In this document: one piece after another, positions 41,946-56,135 of the stretch
Position numbering within the stretch: position 1 is the first letter of the stretch
Layout of the letters: each line of letters begins with the position of its first letter
DNA from: the human T2T-CHM13v2.0 reference genome, Homo sapiens
DNA length: 64,000 nt
NCBI GenBank assembly: GCA_009914755.4
Contig: CP086569.2
Span: 29,568,001-29,632,000, forward strand
Reading direction: 5' to 3'
The notes under the pieces: model-generated
Told to the model about the DNA's origin: nothing
The model's input: the letters and a program-made list of their open reading frames with translations, nothing else
Database searches by the model: none
Translations under genes and position numbers: made by a program

Positions 41946-44900
41946 ATGGAGTCAAATGGAATGGTCTGGAATGGAATGAACACGAATGTAATGCAATCCA
42001 ATAGAATGGAATCGAATGGCATGGAATATAAAGAAATGGAATCGAAGAGAATGGAAACAAATGGAATGGAATTGAATGGAATGGAATTGAATGGAATGGG
42101 AACGAATGGAGTGAAATTGTATGCAGTAGAAGAGAATAGAATGGAATGCAAGCGAAAGGAAAGGAATGGATTGGAATGGAATGGAATTCATTGGAATGGA
42201 AGGGAATGTAGTGTAATGGACAGGCCTGGAATAAAGTGGAATGCTACGGTCTCGAATGGAATAAAAATGTATGGAATGGAATGCAATGAAACGGAATCGA
42301 ATGTCATAGAATGTAATGGAATGCAAAAAAATGGACTCCAAAATCATTGACTGGAAAGGCTGGGTGTCGAAAGGAATTGACTCCAATGGAATGGAATCGA
42401 ATGGAATGGAAGTGAATAGAATCGAACTAAATCGAATGGAATGGAATTGATAGGAACAGAATGGAAAGGAATGCAATGATTTGGCATGGAATGGAATCGA
42501 ATGGCATCGAATGGAATGGAATGGAATGCAATGGAATGGAATGTATTAGAATGTAATGAACTTTAATGGAATGTACTCGAATGGATTCGACTGGAATGGA
42601 ATGTTCTGGAAGTGAATGGACTCCAATGGAATGGATTCAAAAGGAATGGAATCTTACGGAATGGAATCTAATGGAATGGAATTAAATGGAAATGAATCAA
42701 ATTGAATAGCACGGAATTGAATTGAATGGAATCGAATGCAATGGTATCTAATGAAACGGAAAGGAAAGGAATGGAATGGAATGGAATGTGCTGGAATGGA
42801 AAGGAATCGAAACGAATGGAATGGAATCGAACTGAAGAGACTGGAATGGAATGCACTGGAATGGAAGGGAGTGTAATGGAAGGTTCTCGACAAAAATGGA
42901 ATCGAATGGAATGGAATTGAATGGAACGGAATAGAGTCGAATGGAATTGAATGGAATGGAATGGACTAGAGTGAAATGGAATCGAACCACAAGGAATGGA
43001 CAGGAATAGAATGGTCTCGAATTGAATGGAATCGTATGGAATGGCATCAAACGGAATGGAATGGACAGCCACGGAATGGAATGCACTCGAATGCAATGGA
43101 GTCGAAACTAATGGACTGGAATAGAATGGACTCGACTGGTACGGACTGCAATGGAATGGAATCGAATGGAATGGAATCGAACGGAATGGACTCGAAGGGA
43201 AAAGACTGCAATGGAAAGGTCTCGAATGGAATGGAAATTAATGGAATGGAATGGAATCGAATGAAATGGAGTCAAAAGGAATGGAATCGAATGGCAAGAA
43301 ATCGAATGTAATGGAATCGCAAGGAATTGATGTGAAGGGAACGGAATGGAATGGAATCCAAAGGAATGGAATAGAATGGAATGGAATCGAATGGAAAGGA
43401 CTCGAATGGAAATCACTCGAATAGAATGCAATTTAATAAAATAGGATCAAATGTAATGGAATTGAATGGAAAGGAATCGAAACGAAAGGAATGGAGACAG
43501 ATGGAATGGAATGGAACAGAGAGCAATGGTATAGAATGGAATGGAATCATCTGGAATGGAATTGAATGGAATGGAATAATATGAAATGGAATGGAATGGA
43601 ATGGAATGCCCTTGAATTAAATGGACTGGAATGGAATGGACTCGAATAGAGTGGAATGGAAAGTGTTGAGATAGAATGGAATGGACTCTTTGGAATGGTG
43701 TAGTATGCAATGCAATCGACTGGCAGGGAATCAAAAGGAATGTAATGGAATGGATTGGACTGGAATGCAATGGACTCGAATAGATTGGAAACGGAATGCA
43801 AAGGAATGGAATGGAATAGTATGGAATGGAATGGAAAGGAATGGAGTGGAATAGACTAGAGTGGAATGGAATGGACTGGAAAGCAATGGACTGGAATGGA
43901 ACTTTCTTGAATGGACTGGAATCAAACGGAATGGAATGCAATGCAATCAAATGGCATGGAATAAAATAGAATGAAAGAGAATCTAATGGAATTGAATCGA
44001 ATGGAATCGAATGGATTGGAAAGGAATAGAATGGAATGGAATGGAATTGACTCAAATGGAATGGACTAGAATGGAATGGATTCGAATGGAAGGCAAAGGA
44101 ATGGAATCTATTGGAATGGACTGTAATGGAATGGAATGGAAGGGATTGGAATGGACTCGAATGGAATGGACTGCAATAGAAAGGATTCGAATGGAATGAA
44201 AAAGAATTGAATGGAATAGAACAGAATGGAATCAAATCGAATGAAATGGAATGGAATAGAAAGGAATGGAATGAAATGGAATGGAAAGGATTCGAATGGA
44301 ATGCAGTCGAATGGAATGGAATTGAACGGAATGGAATAAAATGGAAGCAAACTGGCAAGAAATGGAATCGAAATGAATGGAGTGTTATGGAACGGACTCA
44401 AAAGGAATTGAATGTAATAGAATGGAGTGGAGTGGACTCGAATATAATGGACTGGAATGGAATGAAATCACATGGAATGGGAACGAATGGAATGGAATGG
44501 AAAGGAATGGAATCGAATGGAAAGGAATCGAATGGAAGGGAATGAAATTGAATCAACAGGAATGGAAGGGAATAGAATAGACGGTAATGGAATGGACTCG
44601 AATAGAATGGACACGAATGCTCAAATTGAATGGACTCGAATGGAATGGAAACGAAAGGAATGTCATCGAATGGAATTGAATCGATTGGAATGAAATCGCA
44701 TAGAATGGAGTGGAATCAAATGGAATTGAATCGAAAGGAAAGGAAGCGAATGGACTGAAATGAAATGGAATGGAATTGAATGGAAAGTAATGCAATGGAA
44801 GAGAATGGAAGGAAATTTCACGGAATGGAATCAAACTGAATGGAATCAAATCATTGGAATATAATCAAATGGAATGGAAAGGAATTGAATGGAATAGATT

Positions 44901-45498
44901 GGATTGGATGGGATTGGAATGAAATGTACTGGAAAGGACTCGAATTTCATGAAACGGAATGGAATGAATTGGAACGGAATGGACTCGAATGGAATGGAAT
45001 GTCATGGAATGGCATCAAATGGAATGGCATCAAATGGAATGGAATCGAATGCAATGGAATGCTATGGAATGGAATGGAATGCATTGGAATGGAATGTCCT
45101 CTAATGGAATGGATTCGAGTGGAATGGAATCGAATATAATGGAGTCGAATGAAATGGAATTGAAAGGAATGGGTTCGAATACAATGGAATATACTGGAAT
45201 GTAAGGTAATGATCTCGAATGTAATTGACTGGAATGGAATGTACATGAACGGAATGTAATCGAATGGAAAGTAATCCAATGGAATAGAATCTAATGCAAT
45301 GAAATCGACTCAGATAGAGTAGAATGTAATGGAATGGAGTGCAGTGCAATGGAATGGAATGGAATGGAATGCAATGGAATGGAATGGAATGGAATGGAAT
45401 GGAATGGAATGGGATGGAATGGTATGGAATGGATAGTAATGAACTGGAGTGAAATGGACTGGAAAGGAATGGACCCAAATTGAAAGGGCTCGAAAGGA
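41946..45498. repeat. HOR unit U13 (3553 bp), C-type
   Basis: Anchor spacing. FCSYQ variant. Near-identical to the partial unit U19. Confidence 0.8.
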
Positions 45499-48400
45499 AT
45501 GGAGTCAAATGGAATGGTCTGGAATGGAATGAACACGAATGTAATGCAATCCAATAGAATGGAATCGAATGGCATGGAATATAAAGAAATGGAATCGAAG
45601 AGAATGGAAACAAATGGAATGGAATTGAATGGAATGGAATTGAATGGAATGGGAACGAATGGAGTGAAATTGTATGCAGTAGAAGAGAATAGAATGGAAT
45701 GCAAGCGAAAGGAAAGGAATGGATTGGAATGGAATGGAATTCATTGGAATGGAAGGGAATGTAGTGTAATGGACAGGCCTGGAATAAAGTGGAATGCTAC
45801 GGTCTCGAATGGAATAAAAATGTATGGAATGGAATGCAATGAAACGGAATCGAATGTCATAGAATGTAATGGAATGCAAAAAAATGGACTCCAAAATCAT
45901 TGACTGGAAAGGCTGGGTGTCGAAAGGAATTGACTCCAATGGAATGGAATCGAATGGAATGGAAGTGAAGAGAATCGAACTAAATCGAATGGAATGGAAT
46001 TGATAGGAACGGAATGGAAAGGAATGCAATGATTTGGCATGGAATGGAATCGAATGGCATCGAATGGAATGGAATGGAATGCAATGGAATGGAATGTATT
46101 AGAATGTAATGAACTTTAATGGAATGTACTCGAATGGATTCGACTGGAATGGAATGTTCTGGAAGTGAATGGACTCCAATAGAATGGATTCAAAAGGAAT
46201 GGAATCTTACGGAATGGAATCTAATGGAATGGAATTAAATGGAAATGAATAAAATTGAATAGCACGGAATTGAATTGAATGGAATCGAATGCAATGGTAT
46301 CTAATGAAACGGAAAGGAAAGGAATGGAATGGAATGGAATGGGCTGGAATGGAAAGGAATCGAAACGAATGGAATGGAATCGAACTGAAGAGACTGGAAT
46401 GGAATGCACTGGAATGGAAGGGAGTGTAATGGAAAGTTCTCGACAAAAATGGAATCGAATGGAATGGAATTGAATGGAACGGAATAGAGTCGAATGGAAT
46501 TGAATGGAATGGAATGGACTAGAGTGAAATGGAATCGAACCACAAGGAATGGACAGGAATAGAATGGTCTCGAATTGAATGGAATCCTATGGAATGGCAT
46601 CAAACGGAATGGAATGGACAGCCACGGAATGGAATGCACTTGAATGCAATGGAGTCGAAACTAATGGACTGGAATAGAATGGACTCGACTGGTACGGACT
46701 CCAATGGAATGGAATCGAATGGAAGGGAATCAAACGGAATGGACTCGAAGGGAAAAGACTGCAATGGAAAGGTCTCGAAAGGAGTGGAAATTAATGGAAT
46801 GGAATGGAATCGAATGAAATGGAGTCAAAAGGAATGGAATCGAATGGCAAGAAATCAAATGTAATGGAATCGCAAGGAATTGATGTGAACGGAACGGAAT
46901 GGAATGGAATCCAAAGAAATGGAATAGAATGGAATGGAATCGAATGGAAAGGACTCGAATGGAAATCACTCGAATAGAATGCAATTTCATAAAATAGGAT
47001 CATATGTAATGGAATGGAATGGAAAGGAATTGAAACGAAAGGAATGGAGACAGATGGAATGGAATGGAACAGAGAGCAATGGTATAGAATGGAATGGACT
47101 CATCTGGAATGGAATTGAATGGAATGGAATAATATGAAATGGAATGGAATGGAATGGAATGCCCTTGAATTAAATGGAATGGAATGGAATGGACTCGAAC
47201 AGAGTGGAATGGAAAGTGTTGAAATAGAATGGAATCGACTCCTTTGGAATGGTCTAGTATGCAATGCAATCGACTGGCAGGGAATCAAAAGGAATGTAAT
47301 CGAATGGATTGGACTGGAATGCAATGGATTCGAATAGATTGGAAACGGAATGCAAAGGAATGGAATGGAATAGTATGGAATGGAATGGAAGGGAATGGAG
47401 TGGAATAGACTAGAGTGGAATGGAATGGACTGGAAAGCAATGGACTGGAATGGAACTTTCTTGAATGGACTGGAATCAAACGGAATGGAATGCAATGCAA
47501 TCAAATGGCATGGAATAAAATAGAATGAAAGAGAATCAAATGGAATTGAATCGAATGGAATCGAATGGATTGGAAAGGAATAGAATGGAATGGAATGGAA
47601 TTGACTCAAATGGAATGGACAAGAATGGAATGGATTCGAATGGAAGGCAAAGGAATGAAATCTATTGGAATGGAATGTAATGGAATGGAATGGAAGGGAT
47701 TGGAATGGACTCGAATGGAATGGACTGCAATAGAAAGGATTCGAATGGAATGAAAAAGAATTGAATGGAATAGAACAGAATGGAATCAAATCGAATGAAA
47801 TGGAATGGAATAGAAAGGAATGGAATGAAATGGAATGGAAAGGATTCGAATGGAATGCAATCGAATGGAATGGAATCGAACGGAATGGAATAAAATGGAA
47901 GAAAACTGGTAAGAAATGGAATCGAAATGAATGGAGTGTTATGGAACGGACTCAAAAGGAATTGAATGTAATAGAATGGAGTGGAGTGGAGTCGAATACA
48001 ATGGACTGGAATGGAATGAAATCACATGGAAAGGGAACGAATGGAATGGAATGGAAAGGAATGGAATCGAATGGAAAGGAATCGAATGGAAGGGAATGAA
48101 ATTGAATCAACAGGAATGGAAGGGAATAGAATAGACGGTAATGGAATGGACTCGAATAGAATGGACACGAATGCTCAAATTGAATGGACTCGAATGGAAT
48201 GGAAACGAAAGGAATGTCATCGAATGGAATTGAATCGATTGGAATGAAATCACATAGAATGGAGTGGAATCAAATGGAATTGAATCGAAAGGAAAGGAAG
48301 CGAATGGACTGAAATGAAATGGAATGGAATTGAATGGAAAGTAATGCAATGGAATAGAATGGAACGAAATTTCACGGAATGCAATCAAACTGAATGGAAT

Positions 48401-49052
48401 CAAATCAATGGAATATAATCAAATGGAATGGAAAGGAATTGAATGGAGTAGATTGGATTGGATGGGATTGGAATGAAATGTACTGGAAAGGACTCGAATT
48501 TCATGAAACGGAATGGAATGAATTGGAACGGAATGGACTCGAATGGAATGGAATGTCATGGAAAGGCATCAAATGGAATGGAATCGAATGCAATGGAATG
48601 CTATGGAATGGAATGGAATGCATTGGAATGGAATGTCCTCTAATGGAATGGATTCGAGTGGAATGGAATCGAATATAATGGAGTCGAATAAAATGGAATT
48701 GAAAGGAATGGGATCGAATACAATGGAATATACTGGAATGTAATGTAATGAACTCGAATGTAATTGACTGGAATGGAATGTACATGAATGGAATGTAATC
48801 GAATGGAAAGTAATCCAATGGAATAGAATCTAATGCAATAAAATCGACTCAGATAGAGTAGAATGTAATAGAATGGAGCGCAGTGCAATGGAATGGAATG
48901 GAATGGAATGCAATGGAATGGAATGGAATGGAATGGGATGGAATGGAATGGAATGGAATGGAATGGGATGGAATGGTATGGAATGGATAGTAATGGAATG
49001 GAGTGAAATGGACTGGAAAGGAATGGACTCAAATTGAAAGGGCTCGAAAGGA
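45499..49052. repeat. HOR unit U14 (3554 bp)
   Basis: Anchor spacing. Its near-perfect AATGG core (about 48885-48975) is expanded by a few pentamers. Confidence 0.8.
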
Positions 49053-52000
49053 ATGGAGTCAAATGGAATGGTCTGGAATGGAATGAACACGAATGTAATG
49101 CAATCCAATAGAATGGAATCGAATGGCATGGAATATAAAGAAATGGAATCGAAGAGAATGGAAACAAATGGAATGGAATTGAATGGAATGGAATTGAATG
49201 GAATGGGAACGAATGGAGTGAAATTGTATGCAGTAGAAGAGAATAGAATGGAATGCAAGCGAAAGGAAAGGAATGGATTGGAATGGAATGGAATTCATTG
49301 GAATGGAAGGGAATGTGGTGTAATGGACAGGCCTGGAATAAAGTGGAATGCTACGGTCTCGAATGGAATAAAAATGTATGGAATGGAATGCAATGAAACG
49401 GAATCGAATGTCATAGAATGTAATGGAATGCAAAAAAATGGACTCCAAAATCATTGACTGGAAAGGCTGGGTGTCGAAAGGAATTGACTCCAATGGAATG
49501 GAATCGAATGGAATGGAAGTGAATAGAATCGAACTAAATCGAATGGAATGGAATAGATAGGAACGGAATGGAAAGGAATGCAATGATTTGGCATGGAATG
49601 GAATCGAATGGCATCGAATGGAATGGAATGGAATGCAATGGAATGGAATGTATTAGAATGTAATGAACTTTAATGGAATGTACTCGAATGGATTCGACTG
49701 GAATGGAATGTTCTGGAAGTGAATGGACTCCAATGGAATGGATTCAAAAGGAATGGAATCGTACGGAATGGAATCTAATGGAATGGAATTAAATGGAAAT
49801 GAATCAAATTGAATAGCACGGAATTGAATTGAATGGAATCGAATGCAATGGAATCTAATGAAACGGAAAGGAAAGGAATGGAATGGAATGGCATGGGCTG
49901 GAATGGAAAGGAATCGAAACGAATGGAATGGAATCGAACTGAAGAGACTGGAATGGAATGCACTGGAATGGAAGGGAGTGTAATGGAAGGTTCTCGAAAA
50001 AAATGGAATCGAATGGAATGGAATTGAATGGAACGGAATAGAGTCGAATGGAATTGAATGGAATGGAATGGACTAGAGTGAAATGGAATCGAACCACAAG
50101 GAATGGACAGGAATAGAATGGTCTCGAATTGAATGGAATCGTATGGAATGGCATCAAACGGAATGGAATGGACAGCCACGGAATGGAATGCACTTGAATG
50201 CAATGGAGTCGAAACTAATGGACTGGAATAGAATGGACTCGACTGGTACGGACTCCAATGGAATGGAATCGAATGGAAGGGAATCGAACGGAATGGACTC
50301 GAAGGGAAAAGACTGCAATGGAAAGGTCTCGAATGGAATGGAAATTAATGGAATGGAATGGAATCGAATGAAATGCAGTCAAAAGGAATGGAATCGAATG
50401 GCAAGAAATCGAATGTAATGGAATCGCAAGGAATGGATGTGAACGGAACGGAATGGAATGGAATCCAAAGGAATGGAATAGAATGGAATGGAATCGAATG
50501 GAAAGGACTCGAATGGAAATCACTCGAATAGAATGCAATTTAATAAAATAGGATCAAATGGAATGGAATGGGATGGAAAGGAATCGAAACGAAAGGAATG
50601 GAGACAGATGGAATGGAATGGAACAGAGAGCAATGGTATAGAATGGAATGGAATCATCTGGAATGGAATTGAATGGAATGGAATAATATGAAATGGAATG
50701 GAATGGAATGGAATGCCCTTGAATTAAATGGACTGGAATGGAATGGACTCGAACAGAGTGGAATGGAAAGTGTTGAGATAGAATGCAATGGACTCCTTTG
50801 GAATGGTGTAGTATGCAATGCAATCGACTGGCAGGGAATCAAAAGGAATGTAATGGAATGGATTGGACTGGAATGCAATGGACTCGAATAGATTGGAGAC
50901 GGAATGCAAAGGATTGGAATGGAATAGTATGGAATGGAATGGAAAGGAATGGAGTGGAATAGACTAGAGTGGAATGGAATGGACTGGAAAGCAATGGACT
51001 GGAATGGAACTTTCTTGAATGGACTGGAATCAAACGGAATGGAATGCAATGCAATCAAATGGCATGGAATAAAATAGAATGAAAGAGAATCAAATGGAAT
51101 TGAATCGAATGGAATCGAATGGATTGGAAAGGAATAGAATGGAATGGAATGGAATTGACTCAAATGGAATGGATTCGAATGGAAGACAAAGGAATGGAAT
51201 CTATTGGAATGGACTGTAATGGAATGGAATGGAAGGGATTGGAATGGACTCGAATGGAATGGACTGCAATAGAAAGGATTCGAATGGAATGAAAAAGAAT
51301 TGAATGGAATAGAACAGAATGGAATCAAATCGAATGAAATGGAATGGAATAGAAAGGAATGGAATGAAATGGAATGGAAAGGATTCGAATGGAATGCAAT
51401 CGAATGGAATGGAATCGAACGGAATGGAATAAAATGGAAGAAAACTGGCAAGAAATGGAATCGAAATGAATGGAGTGTTATGGAACGGACTCAAAAGGAA
51501 TTGAATGTAATAGAATGGAGTGGAGTGGACTCGAATATAATGGACTGGAATGGAATGAAATCACATGGAAAGGGAACGAATGGAATGGAATGGAAAGGAA
51601 TGGAATCGAATGGAAAGGAATCGAATGGAAGGGAATGAAATTGAATCAACAGGAATGGAAGGGAATAGAATAGACGGTAATGGAATGGACTCGAATAGAA
51701 TGGACACGAACGCTCAAATTGAATAGACTCGAATGGAATGGAAACGAAAGGAATGTCATCGAATGGAATTGAATCGATTGGAATGAAATCGCATAGAATG
51801 GAGTGGAATCAAATGGAATTGAATCGAAAGGAAAGGAAGCGAATGGACTGAAATGAAATGGAATGGAATTGAATGGAAAGTAATGCAATGGAATAGAATG
51901 GAACGAAATTTCACGGAATGGAATCAAACTGAATGGAATCAAATCAATGGAATATAATCAAATGGAATGGAAAGGAATTGAATGGAGTAGATTGGATTGG

Positions 52001-52576
52001 ATGGGATTGGAATGAAATGTACTGGAAAGGATTCGAATTTCATGAAACGGAATGGAATGAATTGGAACGGAATGGACTCGAATGGAATGGAATGTCATGG
52101 AAAGGCATCAAATGGAATGGAATCGAATGCAATGGAATGGTATGGAATGGAATGGAATGCATTGGAATGGAATGTCCTCTAATGGAATGGATTCGAGTGG
52201 AATGGAATCGAATATAATGGAGTCGAATAAAATGGAATTGAAAGGAATGGGATCGAATACAATGGAATATACTGGAATGTAATGTAATGAACTCGAATGT
52301 AATTGACTGGAATGGAATGTACATGAATGGAATGTAATCGAATGGAAAGTAATCCAATGGAATAGAATCTAATGCAATAAAATCGACTCAGATAGAGTAG
52401 AATGTAACAGAATGGAGTGCAGTGCAATGGAATGGAATGGAATGGAATGCAATGGAATGGAATGGAATGGAATGGAATGGAATGGAATGGGATGGAATGG
52501 TATGGAATGGATAGTAATGGACTGGAGTGAAATGGACTGGAAAGGAATGGACTCAAATTGAAAGGGCTCGAAAGGA
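49053..52576. repeat. HOR unit U15 (3524 bp), D-type
   Basis: Shares the HFFREP and SRKKWN variants and the ~30-bp-shorter length with U4, which lies 39 kb upstream. Confidence 0.8.
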
Positions 52577-55500
52577 ATGGAGTCAAATGGAATGGTCTGG
52601 AATGGAATGAACACGAATGTAATGCAATCCAATAGAATGGAATCGAATGGCATGGAATATAAAGAAATGGAATCGAAGAGAATGGAAACAAATGGAATGG
52701 AATTGAATGGAATGGAATTGAATGGAATGGGAACGAATGCAGTGAAATTGTATGCAGTAGAAGAGAATAGAATGGAATGCAAGCGAAAGGAAAGGAATGG
52801 ATTGGAATGGAATGGAATTCATTGGAATGGAAGGGAATGTAGTGTAATGGACAGGCCTGGAATAAAGTGGAATGCTACGGTCTCGAATGGAATAAAAATG
52901 TATGGAATGGAATGCAATGAAACGGAATCGAATGTCATAGAATGTAATGGAATGCAAAAAAATGGAATCCAAAATCATTGACTGGAAAGGCTGGGTGTCG
53001 AAAGGGATTGACTCCAATGGAATGGAATCGAATGGAATGGAAGTGAATAGAATCGAACTAAATCGAATGGAATGGAATTGATAGGAACGGAATGGAAAGG
53101 AATGCAATCATTTGGCATGGAATGGAATCGAATGGCATCGAATGGAATGGAATGGAATGCAATGGAATGGAATGTATTAGAATGTAATGAACTTTAATGG
53201 AATGTACTCGAATGGATTCGACTGGAATGGAATGTTCTGGACGTGAATGGACTCCAATGGAATGGATTCAAAAGGAATGGAATCTTACGGAATGGAATCT
53301 AATGGAATGGAATTAAATGGAAATGAATCAAATTGAATAGCACGGAATTGAATTGAATGGAATCGAATGCAATGGTATCTAATGAAACGGAAAGGAAAGG
53401 AATGGAATGGAATGGAATGGGCTGGAATGGAAAGGAATCGAAACGAATGGAATGGAATCGAACTGAAGAGACTGGAATGGAATGCACTTTAATGGAAGGG
53501 AGTGTAATGGAAGGTTCTCGACAAAAATGGAATCGAATGGAATGGAATTGAATGGAACGGAATAGAGTCGAATGGATTTGAATGGAATGGAATGGACTAC
53601 AGTGAAATGGAATCGAACCACAAGTAATGGACAGGTATAGAATGGTCTCGAATTGAATGGAATCGTATGGAATGGCATCAAACGGAATGGAATGGACAGC
53701 CACGGAATGGAATGCACTCGAATGCAATGGAGTCGAAACTAATGGACTGGAATAGAATGGACTCGACTGGTACGGACTCCAATGGAATGGAATCGAATGC
53801 AAGGGAATCGAACGGAATGGACTCGAAGGGAAAAGACTGCAATGGAAAGGTCTCGAATGGAATGGAAATTAATGGAATGGAATGGAATCGAATGAAATGG
53901 AGTCAAAAGGAATGGAATCGAATGGCAAGAAATCGAATGTAATGGAATCGCAAGGAATTGATGTGAACGGAACGGAATGGAATGGAATCCAAAGGAATGG
54001 AATAGAATGGAATGGAATCGAATGGAAAGGGCTCGAATGGAAATCACTCGAATAGAATGCAATTTAATAAAATAGGATCAAATGTAATGGAATGGAATTG
54101 AAAGGAATCGAAAGGAAAGGAATGGAGACAGATGGAATGGAATGGAACAGAGAGCAATGGTATAGAATGGAATGGAATCATCTGGAATGGAATTGAATGG
54201 AATGGAATAATATGAAATGGAATGGAATGGAATGGAATGCCCTTGAATTAAATGGACTGGAATGGAATGGATTCGAATAGAGTGGAATGGAAAGTTTTGA
54301 GATAGAATGGAATGGACCCCTTTGGAATGGTCTAGTATGCAATGCAATCGACTGGCAGGGAATCAAAAGGAATGTAATCGAATGGATTGGACTGGAATGC
54401 AATGGACTCGAATAGATTGGAAACGGAATGCAAAGGAATGGAATGGAATAGTATGGAATGGAATGGAAAGGAATGGAGTGGAATAGACTAGAGTGGAATG
54501 GAATGGACTGGAAAGCAATGGACTGGAATGGAACTTTCTTGAATGGACTGGAATCAAACGGAATGGAATGCAATGCAATCAAATGGCATGGAATAAAATA
54601 GAATGAAAGAGAATCAAATGGAATTGAATCGAATGGAATCGAATGGATTGGAAAGGAATAGAATGGAATGGAATGGAATTGACTGAAATGGAATGGACTA
54701 GAATGGAATGGATTCGAATGGAAGGCAAAGGAATGGAATCTATTGGAATGGACTGTAATGGAATGGAATGGAAGGGATTGGAATGGACTCGAATGGAATG
54801 GACTGCAATAGAAAGGATTCGAATGGAATGAAAAAGAATTGAATGGAATAGAACAGAATGGAATCAAATCGAATGAAATGGAATGGAATAGAAAGGAATG
54901 GAATGAAATGGAATGGAAAGGATTCGAATGGAATGCAATCGAATGGAATGGAATCGAACGGAATGGAATAAAATGGAAGAAAACTGGCAAGAAATGGAAT
55001 CGAAATGAATGGAGTGTTATGGAACGGACTCAAAAGGAATTGAATGTAATAGAATGGAGTGGAGTGGACTCGAATATAATGGACTGGAATGGAATGAAAT
55101 CACATGGAATGGGAACGAATGGAATGGAATGGAAAGGAATGGAATCGAATGGAAAGGAATCGAATGGAAGGGAATGAAATTGAATCAACAGGAATGGAAG
55201 GGAATAGAATAGACGGTAATGGAATGGACTCGAATAGAATGGACACGAATGCTCAAATTGAATGGACTCGAATGGAATGGAAACGAAAGGAATGTCATCG
55301 AATGGAATTGAATCGATTGGAATGAAATCGCATAGAATGGAGTGGAATCAAATGGAATTGAATCGAAAGGAAAGGAAGCGAATGGACTGAAATGAAATGG
55401 AATGGAATTGAATGGAAAGTAGTGCAATGGAATAGAATGGAACGAAATTTCACGGAATGGAAAGAAACTGAAAGGAATCAAATCAATGGAATATAATCAA

Positions 55501-56135
55501 ATGGAATGGAAAGGAATTGAATGGAGTAGATTGGATTGGATGGGATTGGAATGAAATGTACTGGAAAGGACTCGAATTTCATGAAACGGAATGGAATGAA
55601 TTGGAACGGAATGGACTCGAATGGAATGGAATGTCATGGAATGGCATCAAATGGAATGACATCAAATGGAATGGAATCGAATGCAATGGAATGCTCTGGA
55701 ATGGAATGGAATGCGTTGGAATGGAATGTCCTCTAATGGAATGGATTCGAGTGGAATGGAATCGAATATAATGGAGTCGAATGAAATGGAATTGAAAGGA
55801 ATGGGATCGAATACAATGGAATATACTGGAATGTAATGTAATGAACTCGAATGTAATTGACTGGAATGGAATGTACATGAATGGAATGTAATCGAATGGA
55901 AAGTAATCCAATGGAATAGAATCTACTGCAATAAAATCGACTCAGATAGAGTAGAATGTAATGGAATGGAGTGCAGTGCAATGGAATGGAATGGAATGGA
56001 ATGCAATGGAATGGAATGGAATGGAATGGAATGGAATGGAATGGAATGGGATGGAATGGTATGGAATGGATAGTAATGGACTGGAGTGAAATGGACTGGA
56101 AAAGAATGGACTCAAATTGAAAGGGCTCGAAAGGA
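52577..56135. repeat. HOR unit U16 (3559 bp), A-type
   Basis: Its first ~500 bp differ from U10 by about 1% and carry the B-type MILDSIFL variant. The remainder is near-identical to U10. Confidence 0.8.

Larger units (their letters stand above)
31333..42756. repeat. upstream copy of a large intra-array duplication (high-identity portion from about 32.0 kb)
   Basis: Four unit anchors (31333, 34892, 38452, 41946) each have a partner exactly 21,244 bp downstream (52577, 56136, 59696, 63190). Confidence 0.75.
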